Positions 1 to 8,716 of a stretch of 36,428 nt of DNA are shown one piece after another (positions within the stretch are counted from its first letter, which is position 1; each line of letters starts with the position of its first letter). Location of the stretch: assembly GCA_964626865.1 (NCBI GenBank), contig CAZVIT010000003.1, forward strand, positions 1 through 36,428. Direction: 5' to 3'. The stretch is from an uncultured archaeon (GTDB lineage: Archaea > Thermoplasmatota > Poseidoniia > MGIII > CG-Epi1). The notes beneath the pieces are model-generated. The model had not been told where the DNA came from. It was given only the letters and a program-made list of their open reading frames with translations, and made no database searches. Made by a program: the position numbers and the translations under genes.

Positions 1-15
1 CTGAGCTACAGCGGC
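1..15 (-). tRNA. 5' end of a tRNA gene running off the left edge (partial; isotype unknown)
   Basis: The reverse complement of 1-15 reads GCCGCUG-UA-GCUC-AG. That is a 7-nt acceptor 5' arm, U8, A9, a D-stem 5' arm GCUC, then A14 R15, which is the canonical tRNA 5' layout. A TATA-like box lies about 26-32 nt upstream (see 41-47). The anticodon is outside the window. Confidence 0.5.
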
Positions 16-40
16 ATGGAATTGTTCCACTAAAGTATGG

Positions 41-47
41 TTTAAAA
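41..47 (-). promoter_or_regulatory. TATA-like box (TTTTAAA on the minus strand) for the partial tRNA
   Basis: The A/T heptamer is centred about 29 nt upstream of the predicted tRNA 5' end at position 15. This matches archaeal TATA spacing. Confidence 0.35.
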
Positions 48-96
48 CTTCTGCTATGGACCGAGAATGTATTTATGGAGCTGTTAATACACCTCA

Positions 97-1338
97 GTGT
101 CCCTAGTAATTATGGTCAAAACAAGGCTAACAACAGGTGGTTTTGCTGAACCTGTAGTTACAGATACCGCAAAAAGTTTGTCAAAAATGGGACATCGCGT
201 GATACTCTTAGCGTGGGACCGAACTGCTAAAGGTGAAGAAACTGTTACTACAGATTGGGGGACTATATGGAAATACCAAGAAAAATGCTCACTCAATAAT
301 CCACTAACTTTTGCAAGGAAACTTCCAGGATTTCTAAGATGGAGTACTTGGCAAATCTTAGCTTTTCAGAAAATAGAAAAAGATATCATTTTACATTATC
401 ATGATTTAGATACTCTAATTGGAGGTGTTTTCACATCAAAAATAGGTGAATTACCTTTAATCTATGATTGCCACGAAAATTATCCTGGTTTAGTTAAAGG
501 TGCAATTTCTTCTAGAGGGGCAACATTTCTACACAAAATAGAAGCTTATCTTCTAAATTATTGCGCTGGAATTATGGCTGCTGGACCTGCCGGTTATATC
601 AGATTAAGAGAGATGCTAGAAAAAGGTAGTAACGCACCATTTAGTGCAAACGAAGATGAAGCATTTAAAGTTCTTAGTAAATCTCAAAGTGAATTTCTGA
701 ATTCTAGAATAACAAAAGTTGGAAATGCAAAAAGGTTAGAAACTTATCCATTAAGTAGGATTGAAAAAAGAAATCGAAAAGAGAAATTTAGACTTTTGTA
801 TATTGGTGTTTTAGAAAAACATCCCTCGAGAGGAATCCTAGAAACTGCTATTACTGTAAATAAAATGAAGGACATACAATTCGATATCGGTGGATTTGGA
901 ACCTTAGTTCCTACTATAAAGAAAGTTTGTGAGAACATGGAAAATGTAAACTATATTGGTTCCATTCATCCAGACAATGTACCACTACAAACTATAGATT
1001 CTGATGCTGTACTTATGGCCTTAGATCCTAATAATGATAACAATCGTATGAGTGCGCCCAACAAATTATTTGAAGCTATGTCTGCTGGAGTTCCTATAAT
1101 AACTTGTAAAGAACTGCTAATGGGGCAATTTGTAGAAAATGAAGAGATTGGACTAACCTTTGAATGGGGTAAATGGGACAGACTTAAAGCTTCTTTAATG
1201 AAGTTAATTTATGACAAAGAGTTGCAAGCAAAAATGGGACGAAGGGGAAGAAGACTTGCTGAAAAGACTCACAACTGGGAAAAATGTGAGGAACGAGTTG
1301 AATCCTTATACCGCTACGTAAAATTAAATACTAATTAA
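97..1338 (+). CDS. Glycosyltransferase, GT-B fold (family 1/GT4-like)
   Basis: The N-terminus has a beta1 strand plus a Gly-rich loop (SLVIMVKTRLTTGGFAEPV...GHRVILL). The C-terminal nucleotide-sugar binding region reads PNKLFEAMSAGVPIITC. A GTG start at 97 preserves the beta1 strand. ATG at 112 is the alternative. Confidence 0.8.
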   Translation: MSLVIMVKTRLTTGGFAEPVVTDTAKSLSKMGHRVILLAWDRTAKGEETVTTDWGTIWKYQEKCSLNNPLTFARKLPGFLRWSTWQILAFQKIEKDIILHYHDLDTLIGGVFTSKIGELPLIYDCHENYPGLVKGAISSRGATFLHKIEAYLLNYCAGIMAAGPAGYIRLREMLEKGSNAPFSANEDEAFKVLSKSQSEFLNSRITKVGNAKRLETYPLSRIEKRNRKEKFRLLYIGVLEKHPSRGILETAITVNKMKDIQFDIGGFGTLVPTIKKVCENMENVNYIGSIHPDNVPLQTIDSDAVLMALDPNNDNNRMSAPNKLFEAMSAGVPIITCKELLMGQFVENEEIGLTFEWGKWDRLKASLMKLIYDKELQAKMGRRGRRLAEKTHNWEKCEERVESLYRYVKLNTN

Positions 1339-2330
1339 TCTTTCTTAATTGCAACTGGCTCAATATCTACTTGTCTAATTAATCTATAACCCTCGTTAGA
1401 TTCTAAATAAGAAGAATTACCATGCAATTCCATATCAACTATATGTGCTGGAAAATTGGCCCCCGATAAGGTATAAAGCCTAGGGCGGCCTGCAAAACGA
1501 GGATTTATCTCCGAAACTTTATCTCCCATTAAATCTACAGAAAAGATTCCAACTGGCTTTTTGTCAATAATACCAACTGCTTTCTTTGCCACTTCAATAA
1601 TATTATCTAATTTAACTGTTTTAGCTAAACGAACATCACCTGTAACTCCAGTCGGTGAAATGGCTTCATGAATATAACCTAGTCTTTCTAACATTCCCAT
1701 AGCGCACAAATTAGATTCCCGATCATAAATTAAAGTAACATTATAATTACCACCATCAAGGTATTCTTGAGCTATCCAAGAAGAAGAAAAACCTCTATCT
1801 TTCCAATATTCTACCCACATCCATCCAAACTTCGAATCTGAAACGACAAGAGATCCTTTTCCTCCGGCACCTGTTTTAGGACGTAACCAAACAACTTTTT
1901 CTGAGGAAATAGCATCATGTAAATCATTTTCATTATCGACATCAAAAGTTCTTGGAGCTAAGGCACCTATTTTCTGGGCTGTCAATGATTTTGAAAGTAA
2001 GACTTGAACAGTATCGTCTGATGGTAAAAATAAAGGAGATTTAATTTGTTCTCGAAATTTACTAATAAAACCAACCTCAAAATCAGGATTAGGGATGACT
2101 AAATCTATATTCTCATTAACAATAATCTCATTTATTCGGTTAATATAATCTTCGTTACCTGCCCTAGGTGCACGAAAAACTTTATTATAATATTTACAAT
2201 TCTTACTAACTAAAGAAAAATTATCTTCATCAGCTTCTGTTGCAAAGACATTTATCTTAGCCAGATCCAAGCTAAAGGCTAAATCCATTGCAATTGCACC
2301 TGCTGCACCCGTCAGTAATACGTTAGCCAT
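1335..2330 (-). CDS. ATP-grasp family ligase (substrate unknown)
   Basis: There is a Rossmann-like pre-ATP-grasp N-terminus (VLLTGAAGAIA). It is followed by WLRPKTGAGGKGSLVV, AQEYLDGGNY and FSVDL...SEINPRFAGR, which is the typical ATP-grasp Mg/ATP motif order. The gene overlaps the convergent glycosyltransferase by 4 nt. Confidence 0.7.
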   Translation of the reverse strand: MANVLLTGAAGAIAMDLAFSLDLAKINVFATEADEDNFSLVSKNCKYYNKVFRAPRAGNEDYINRINEIIVNENIDLVIPNPDFEVGFISKFREQIKSPLFLPSDDTVQVLLSKSLTAQKIGALAPRTFDVDNENDLHDAISSEKVVWLRPKTGAGGKGSLVVSDSKFGWMWVEYWKDRGFSSSWIAQEYLDGGNYNVTLIYDRESNLCAMGMLERLGYIHEAISPTGVTGDVRLAKTVKLDNIIEVAKKAVGIIDKKPVGIFSVDLMGDKVSEINPRFAGRPRLYTLSGANFPAHIVDMELHGNSSYLESNEGYRLIRQVDIEPVAIKKD

Positions 2331-2371
2331 TATTTTATACTAAATGTCTTATTATTTATAATCTAAGTTTA

Positions 2372-3883
2372 TCAAAAATTGAAATCCAAAACCTGTGTTT
2401 CAAATGTCTGAAGATTAACTGCAACTGCTCTGCATGGATCAGGTTGAAAGCCCATCATTTTCTGATAGTCTGTTTGAGATTGCCATGTTCCTGGATTTAT
2501 CATCAAGACCCCATTGTATTTTTCAACACCGAAAGAGTGAACATGCCCTGTTACAAAAATATCGGGTATATCATGTATCAAAAGATAATCTTGCTTCTCT
2601 GGAGCTAAGGGAGTTTTTGCACCATATATGGGTGCCAAATGCCGTCTTTTTAATAACTCTTTCATCATTGCCATAGGATTATCATATGATAAGTCCCTAA
2701 GACTAACTAAATCATCTAAAGACTTCCCATGATAGCACATTATTTTCACGCCTGCCAAATCTAAAAGAACTGGATTAGCTGTAAATGTCAAATTGTCTCC
2801 AAAATTCTTAGTTACCTTATCTGGAAGAGGTAATTGTGGTTCCATTAAACGAACTGCGTCATGGTTGCCTGGCATAATTACAGTTTGAATTTCATTAGGT
2901 ATCCTATTCACTGACTTAGATAATTCTGCGTATTGTTCCCAAACATCAGTTATAGAAAGATCTGCTTCCTGACCCGGATATGAATCAATACCATCAACTG
3001 CATCTCCTGCAATTATTAAATATCCTGGATTAGGAAGCCAGTCTTTGTGATAATCTACATCTCCATTCAGCCAGGAAATAAATTTATCCCATTCTCTTTC
3101 CTGAAAAGTACCGCTTCCTAAATGTACATCTGAAATAAATAAGGCTATGTGAGGTTCATCTGAACGTGAGACTTCACGATATCTTCCCAAATGAGGTCTT
3201 ATTATAGGTGAATTAACAAATAATACATTACCCTGCCTACTAAGCTTACCTGAAACTCCAATAACTTCATCCATTAACAAGTTAAGTCTTTCATTACTTG
3301 ATTCTTGAAGCATAACATTAATTCTTCCACTTTTATCTTCAAGTGTTACACGTGTTCTTCCATTGTTAAACGTTTGAATATCTGCAACCATTCCAATAAT
3401 CTTGTTTTCTTCATCTGGACTCAAATTAGTAGTGTCCCTTATCGCATCGCGCATAGACGGATCTCTGCGCACTAATTTAGATAAATTGTTAAACCTATCA
3501 TTAAACAAGGAAACATAACTTTCTAACTTTCCATCAGACATACTTTTTTGTATTTGTCTTTCAACAATTACTGGAGGGATATCTGTAACTTTTTTCCTCT
3601 CTATAGGCTTTGGTGCCTCAGCCTTTTCTTCTTCAATTAAATCAGATATACCTAAGAATAATTTTGGCTCTGACAAGGATGTAACTGTTCGCTCTAGTAA
3701 ACCTAATCCTTCGGGATGATTAGAAATATGACTTACTAATTCGGGAGAAGGCATTAACTTACGTTCCGAAAGCCAAGCAATTACTTCTTTTTCTTTTACG
3801 GACAAGAAATATAGAATTAGGATATCAAATAAACCCTTTTGGTAGTAATTCAATGTATATCTAAAATGATTATATTTTGTCAA
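2372..3883 (-). CDS. polB: DNA polymerase II (PolD) small subunit DP1
   Basis: Calcineurin-like phosphoesterase motifs appear in the correct order: FISDVHLGS, IIAGDAVDG, MPGNHD, CYHGKS, VTGHVH. An OB-fold-like region (VADIQ...RVTLEDKSGRINV) precedes them. The only start at the top of the ORF is TTG at 3883. The gene is divergent from cdc6. Confidence 0.9.
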   Translation of the reverse strand: MTKYNHFRYTLNYYQKGLFDILILYFLSVKEKEVIAWLSERKLMPSPELVSHISNHPEGLGLLERTVTSLSEPKLFLGISDLIEEEKAEAPKPIERKKVTDIPPVIVERQIQKSMSDGKLESYVSLFNDRFNNLSKLVRRDPSMRDAIRDTTNLSPDEENKIIGMVADIQTFNNGRTRVTLEDKSGRINVMLQESSNERLNLLMDEVIGVSGKLSRQGNVLFVNSPIIRPHLGRYREVSRSDEPHIALFISDVHLGSGTFQEREWDKFISWLNGDVDYHKDWLPNPGYLIIAGDAVDGIDSYPGQEADLSITDVWEQYAELSKSVNRIPNEIQTVIMPGNHDAVRLMEPQLPLPDKVTKNFGDNLTFTANPVLLDLAGVKIMCYHGKSLDDLVSLRDLSYDNPMAMMKELLKRRHLAPIYGAKTPLAPEKQDYLLIHDIPDIFVTGHVHSFGVEKYNGVLMINPGTWQSQTDYQKMMGFQPDPCRAVAVNLQTFETQVLDFNF

Positions 3884-3994
3884 AAATCAAACGAAAAAAA
3901 GGAGTATAAAAAGTATTTTTTTTTGTTACATACCCCGCAAGTTTATAGCGAGTTGGCTATATGCTAAATTCCACTAATTGTAAATTTGATTAAT
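3884..3994. promoter_or_regulatory. Divergent DP1/cdc6 intergenic region with promoters; candidate but unproven compact replication-origin neighbourhood
   Basis: This A/T-rich 111-nt spacer has an A7 run and a T10 run (3894-3925). It also has a 6-bp inverted repeat, TATAGC(3944-3949)/GCTATA(3956-3961), and a TTCCAC hexamer (3969-3974). No clear repeated ORB elements are visible. Confidence 0.25.
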
Positions 3995-5275
3995 ATGAAT
4001 AAGGAGTTAAACACAACAAATCGCAACGTTTTCGATAAACTTATACTCGATGAAAAAATTTTCAAAAAACGTGAATCTCTTTCCACATCATATGTACCTT
4101 CCGAATTTCCGCATAGGTTTAATGAAATTAATCAAGTTGCGAATATTTTAAAAACCGCATTTTACGGATCAAGGCCTTCTAATATTTTAGTATATGGGCA
4201 AACTGGAACTGGAAAAACTGCAATAGCAAAATTCATATGTAAACAACTTAAAGAAAAAGCTAAGAGAGAAAATGTAAAAATACATACAGCTTACATAAAT
4301 TGTAAACAAACAAATACTCCCTATGGTGTTTTGACAAATATAGGAAAAACCTATTCAACTGACTGGGAAAAACAAATTCCTAATGCCGGTTGGAGAATAG
4401 ATAAAGTTTATTCTTCATTAAAAGAAAAGGCTGATGAAAACGGAGGAATTGCAATTGTTATTTTAGATGAAATAGATACACTCGTTTCAAAAAACGGTGA
4501 TGAAATTCTGTACCATTTAACTGGATTGAATTCTGATTTAGACAATTCTAAGATATCAATCATTGGAATTTCTAATGACGCAAAATTTACTTCATGGTTA
4601 GATCCTCGAGTCAAATCTCGTCTTGGGGAAGAATCACTAACATTTTCTCCCTATAATGCGCCTCAAATTGAGGATATCTTAGTTCAAAGAGCAAGAATGG
4701 CTTTTAAGGAAAATACTGTAGATCCTATTGTAATGACCTATTGCGCTAGTAAAGCTGCTCAAGAGCATGGCGACGCTAGAAAAGCTATTGATTTACTACG
4801 AATAGCTGCTGAATTGGCTGAAAGAGATGAAAGAGAAATTGTTACTTTAGAATATGTAAATAAAGCGCAAAATGTAATGGAAAGAGACCAAGTTAACAGC
4901 ATTGTTATTACTTTACCAATACAACATAAGGCAACACTAGCAAGTATAATTCTAAATCAAGGAAATAAAAATAATAATCAGCAAACAACTGGTGAAGTTT
5001 ATAGTACTTACACCAAACTTTGCAATAGCTATAATCTAGACGTACTAACACAAAGGAGAGTTGGCCACATTATTTCAGAATTAGACATGCAGGGATTAAT
5101 TCATGCAAGAGTTGTAAATTTAGGAAGACATGGAAGAACTAGATATATTGATTTAGCTGTAGATAAAGAACAATTATTGAATATAATAAAGAATGATCAT
5201 TTTCTATCTGATTTGATTGAGTCTATGACAAAACAGCAAATATTTACAAAAAGTATGCAATCTAGATTAATCTAG
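3995..5275 (+). CDS. cdc6: Orc1/Cdc6 replication initiator (AAA+ with C-terminal winged helix)
   Basis: Walker A is YGQTGTGKT and Walker B is VILDEID. The sensor region reads GISND...KSRL, followed by HGDARKAIDLLR and a C-terminal wH (RRVGHIISELDMQGLI). I chose ATG at 3995. A TTG at 3986 is also in frame. Confidence 0.9.
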   Translation: MNKELNTTNRNVFDKLILDEKIFKKRESLSTSYVPSEFPHRFNEINQVANILKTAFYGSRPSNILVYGQTGTGKTAIAKFICKQLKEKAKRENVKIHTAYINCKQTNTPYGVLTNIGKTYSTDWEKQIPNAGWRIDKVYSSLKEKADENGGIAIVILDEIDTLVSKNGDEILYHLTGLNSDLDNSKISIIGISNDAKFTSWLDPRVKSRLGEESLTFSPYNAPQIEDILVQRARMAFKENTVDPIVMTYCASKAAQEHGDARKAIDLLRIAAELAERDEREIVTLEYVNKAQNVMERDQVNSIVITLPIQHKATLASIILNQGNKNNNQQTTGEVYSTYTKLCNSYNLDVLTQRRVGHIISELDMQGLIHARVVNLGRHGRTRYIDLAVDKEQLLNIIKNDHFLSDLIESMTKQQIFTKSMQSRLI

Positions 5276-5688
5276 GGTTTACTGGCAATTCCCTCATTCC
5301 ACCCTTTTTCCCAACCTGCTGCTATCGCACCTTGTAATCCGGCATTACGAGCTGCTTCTTTGGCTAGATTAAGAATTTTCTCTCTATCTTCCTTAGTTTC
5401 TTGTGAATTGACTTTACTTGCAATTTCTTTAGCTATGTTTGTCAAATTTTGAGCTTCAGACCACAATACTGTTTTCATTTCTTCAAACACCTCTTCAGCA
5501 TTAGCTGATGAAACTTCAATTGCTTTTTTATAACCTTTTTTTTTAGATTCACTATAAGCATCAACTTTCATTTCTGTGCCTCTGACCTTCTCTTTACTGT
5601 ATTTAGCCCAAGACAATCCTCTTGTTATTCCTGGTACATATTTTTTTATAAAATCTGGAATTTCAGAAACTAAGTCCTCCTCAGACAT
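5272..5688 (-). CDS. Hypothetical small helical K/E-rich protein
   Basis: This is a 138-aa ORF with an ATG start and no TM segment or recognisable motif. It is convergent with cdc6, and the two stop codons overlap in CTAG (5272-5275). Confidence 0.45.
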   Translation of the reverse strand: MSEEDLVSEIPDFIKKYVPGITRGLSWAKYSKEKVRGTEMKVDAYSESKKKGYKKAIEVSSANAEEVFEEMKTVLWSEAQNLTNIAKEIASKVNSQETKEDREKILNLAKEAARNAGLQGAIAAGWEKGWNEGIASKP

Positions 5689-5724
5689 AAAACATCTATA
5701 AAGACTCTGTAAAGAAGCTTAACC

Positions 5725-7293
5725 TTAGTCTCTATATGTATCTGGGAAAAACAAAAGCAAAACTGTAATTATCTCTAAACGACCGAGCATCATTAAAATT
5801 GATAATACCAATAATGTAGGGTCGCTAAAACCATAATATGTTGTTGATGGGCCTATAGCACCTACGCCAGGACCTATGTTTGCTAAACAAGATAATGAAA
5901 TAGAGATTCCATCTATTAATGTTAATGATGGTTCCAAATATAAAGTAACTAAAGAACCAAGGAGGAAAATTATAATAAAAATAAAGAAAAATACTCCTAC
6001 ATTCCTGAATAAAGACTCATCTAATACTTTCTTACCAATCCTCAGCTTTATTATTGCCCGAGGATGGATTACTAAAAGTAATTCTCTCTTTAATGCTTTA
6101 AACAATAGCATAATTCTTACAGTTTTCAAACCACCCGTTGTTGAACCTGCACATCCGCCCATAAACATAATTAACAATAAAACAAATATTGACATTTTAG
6201 GCCATAATGCATAATTTGTTGTAGTAAATCCAGTACCAGTTAAAAGTGAAACTGTTTGAAATATAGTATAACTAAAATTCGAATTAAATGATTGTTCTTC
6301 ATTAAACTCAAGAATTAAATTAATAAATATAAGACTTGAACATGAAAAAATCAGAAATAAATAAACCTTCAACTCTTCATTCTCTTTAAGTAAAAAATAA
6401 ATGTTTTTAAAACGTGACTGAATTGACTTTGAATTATCTTTAATATGATTAAAAATATAATACAATATAACGAAATTTACTCCTGATATTAGCATAAAAA
6501 AAGTCACGATAAAATCAACTGAAGCACTATTATAGGAACCAATCGAATCTATTTTTGGTGAAAAACCTCCTGTTGAAACCGTAGAGAAAGAATTACATAT
6601 TGAATCATAAAAAGAAAGTCCAGCTGAATATAATAATATAATTTCTGCTAATGTCAGAAAAAAATATAATGTCCAAAGAAGCCGTGCTGTTTGTGCCATT
6701 TGTGGCTTAAGGCGCGTAACTCCAGTTCCTGGCATCTCAGCCTGTAGAACTTGAATACCGCCTCCAAATAATCTTGAAAATATAATAGTAGCTAAAACAA
6801 TAATTCCCATTCCACCCAACCATTGTGTCTGAGATCTCCAAAGTAATAATGATTTTGGAGCATCAAAGTAACCATTAGAATATTGTTCAGAATTTACTAT
6901 CTGGCTTTCATCTTTAATTTCTAATATTGTCGCGCCTGTTGTAGTCAATCCTGACATTGATTCAAAGACTGCTCCTGCGACACCTATCTGATATGACATT
7001 AAACCCATGTTTTCTGCAACATAATATGGAAAAGCGCCAACTAAGACCATAATTATCCAAGATATACTTACTAATGCAAAAGCCTCCCGATTCCTAATAT
7101 CTTCCTCAATATGAAAATATGAATTAAATATAAAGCCGAAAATTAAGCAAAATAACATGGGGATAACAAACATATAAAAAATGTTAGTAAAACTTTCTCC
7201 CAACATTATTCCTGTAATAATTGGAAATAAGAAGGATAAACCAAAAAAAGCAATCAATGTACCTGTTAAACTAAAAATTAGACTAAAGCGCAT
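5725..7293 (-). CDS. trkH: Trk-type K+ uptake permease TrkH
   Basis: The protein is polytopic with four pore-loop-like signatures: GLTTTGAT, TVSTGGFS, LTGTGFTT and GSTTGGLK. It also has WLGGMGII. The gene lies immediately downstream of trkA. Confidence 0.88.
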   Translation of the reverse strand: MRFSLIFSLTGTLIAFFGLSFLFPIITGIMLGESFTNIFYMFVIPMLFCLIFGFIFNSYFHIEEDIRNREAFALVSISWIIMVLVGAFPYYVAENMGLMSYQIGVAGAVFESMSGLTTTGATILEIKDESQIVNSEQYSNGYFDAPKSLLLWRSQTQWLGGMGIIVLATIIFSRLFGGGIQVLQAEMPGTGVTRLKPQMAQTARLLWTLYFFLTLAEIILLYSAGLSFYDSICNSFSTVSTGGFSPKIDSIGSYNSASVDFIVTFFMLISGVNFVILYYIFNHIKDNSKSIQSRFKNIYFLLKENEELKVYLFLIFSCSSLIFINLILEFNEEQSFNSNFSYTIFQTVSLLTGTGFTTTNYALWPKMSIFVLLLIMFMGGCAGSTTGGLKTVRIMLLFKALKRELLLVIHPRAIIKLRIGKKVLDESLFRNVGVFFFIFIIIFLLGSLVTLYLEPSLTLIDGISISLSCLANIGPGVGAIGPSTTYYGFSDPTLLVLSILMMLGRLEIITVLLLFFPDTYRD

Positions 7294-7298
7294 TTAAT

Positions 7299-8669
7299 TT
7301 AATAGAAAAATTTCTCCACTTCTGGTAACTTACCTTTTAAGGTGAAAACAAGAACGTGGTCTCCTTCATTGAAAATAAACTCATCATCTGGAAACAAAGC
7401 TTCACCATTCCTATTAACCATAGCTATAAGTGTCTTATTTGGGACTCCTAGCTTATTTATTGGAATGCCTACATTTTTGCTATTCTTTTTTATAAAAAAT
7501 TCTCGAACTGAAGCCTCTCCACCTTCTAATTCTTCCATTCCTTCAATTTTATCGGTAGATGTTGCTCGATTAACAATTGCATTAACTGTAACTCTTTTTG
7601 GATTAATTAGAGTGTCAATTCCTGTATCTTGTACAACATATTCTAATTCTGTTTGATAAACTAAAGCTACAGTTCGTTTAGCCCCTTCTTTCTTAGCTAA
7701 TAAACAACTTAAAACATTCCAATCTTCACGATCTGTTGCAGCTACAAATAAATCTTCATAGCGTATTCCTTCTTCCCTAAGGAAGTGCCTATCTGTAGAA
7801 GAACCAACAAGAACTCTTACATTTTCTGGAAGAACTGAACTTGCTTTTTCAGCTAATACGGGATCTGGTTCTGTTACATATACTTCAACATCCTTGTATC
7901 TCGAATCCTCATGAACTTGTTTAGCTAGATTCAAGGCAATTCTGCTAGTTCCAGCAATCATTAACCTTTTAATATTTCTTTCACTTGTTATTTCCTTTGG
8001 AATTCCCAAGGAATCTGAAAGCTCTTCCAGTTCACTGTTTTCACTAAGGAGAATTAAAATTCTATCTCTAGGCATCAAAATATCCTGTTCAGATGGTATT
8101 GTTACTCCTTCTTCTCTAGCAATTAATGCGATGCGGCAATGTGGTGGAAGCTTAATATTTGAAAGAGGCCTACCTACAGATGGGGAACTATCATTCAATC
8201 TAATCTCTAAAATTCGAAGTTTACCTATTGAAAAATGCTCCAGTCGAGTTAATGCTGGTCTAGACAGAATTTGCCATATCCTATGCATGGATAGTTCATC
8301 TGGACTAACAAAAGCATCGACACCGAATAACTGTTGATGGTCATAGTCTGCTGGCAAATCTATTATATCAGGATTATTCAATCGAGCAATTGTACTGCAA
8401 CCCATCTTTTTAGCCAAAGAACATCCCACTAAATTGACTACATCTTTTCCAGTAACGCCAATGAAAAGATCTGCTTCTTTAATAGATGCTTCTTCCATCA
8501 AAAATTTAGCCGAAGCTGCATTACCCTTGAATACCTGCGCATCTAGTGTTTGGGCTCTTTTAACTGAAGATGAATTAGAATCAATTAGTGTTACTTCATG
8601 TCCGCGATAAACGAGGTCACGACCAACTCGAAATCCGACTTCACCAGCTCCTGCAATTAGAACTCGCAT
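7299..8669 (-). CDS. trkA: Trk K+ uptake NAD-binding subunit TrkA (tandem RCK)
   Basis: The N-terminus MRVLIAGAGEVG is a Rossmann motif. A second KTN domain reads LMIAGTSRIALNLA. Two RCK_C-like segments are present, and the 456-aa length is typical of double-RCK TrkA. Confidence 0.88.
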   Translation of the reverse strand: MRVLIAGAGEVGFRVGRDLVYRGHEVTLIDSNSSSVKRAQTLDAQVFKGNAASAKFLMEEASIKEADLFIGVTGKDVVNLVGCSLAKKMGCSTIARLNNPDIIDLPADYDHQQLFGVDAFVSPDELSMHRIWQILSRPALTRLEHFSIGKLRILEIRLNDSSPSVGRPLSNIKLPPHCRIALIAREEGVTIPSEQDILMPRDRILILLSENSELEELSDSLGIPKEITSERNIKRLMIAGTSRIALNLAKQVHEDSRYKDVEVYVTEPDPVLAEKASSVLPENVRVLVGSSTDRHFLREEGIRYEDLFVAATDREDWNVLSCLLAKKEGAKRTVALVYQTELEYVVQDTGIDTLINPKRVTVNAIVNRATSTDKIEGMEELEGGEASVREFFIKKNSKNVGIPINKLGVPNKTLIAMVNRNGEALFPDDEFIFNEGDHVLVFTLKGKLPEVEKFFY

Positions 8670-8716
8670 ATCTTGTGTTGACAGCTGGGGTTTTTAAAAG
8701 CTCTCATTATCCTAAC

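Noticed and set aside
25-33. The 9-mer TTCCACTAA occurs both here and in the DP1/cdc6 spacer (3969-3977), and TTCCAC resembles part of archaeal ORB cores.
   Set aside because: A single shared 9-mer across 36 kb on two strands of an AT-rich sequence is within chance expectation. TTCCAC/GTGGAA also occurs inside several coding regions. No dyad or clustered arrangement is visible.
5272-5275. The convergent cdc6 and 138-aa ORF stop codons overlap in the palindrome CTAG, as a possible regulatory or terminator feature.
   Set aside because: Four-nucleotide convergent overlaps recur in this window (1335-1338, 24061-24064, 26831-26834, 33043-33046). They simply reflect genome compaction.
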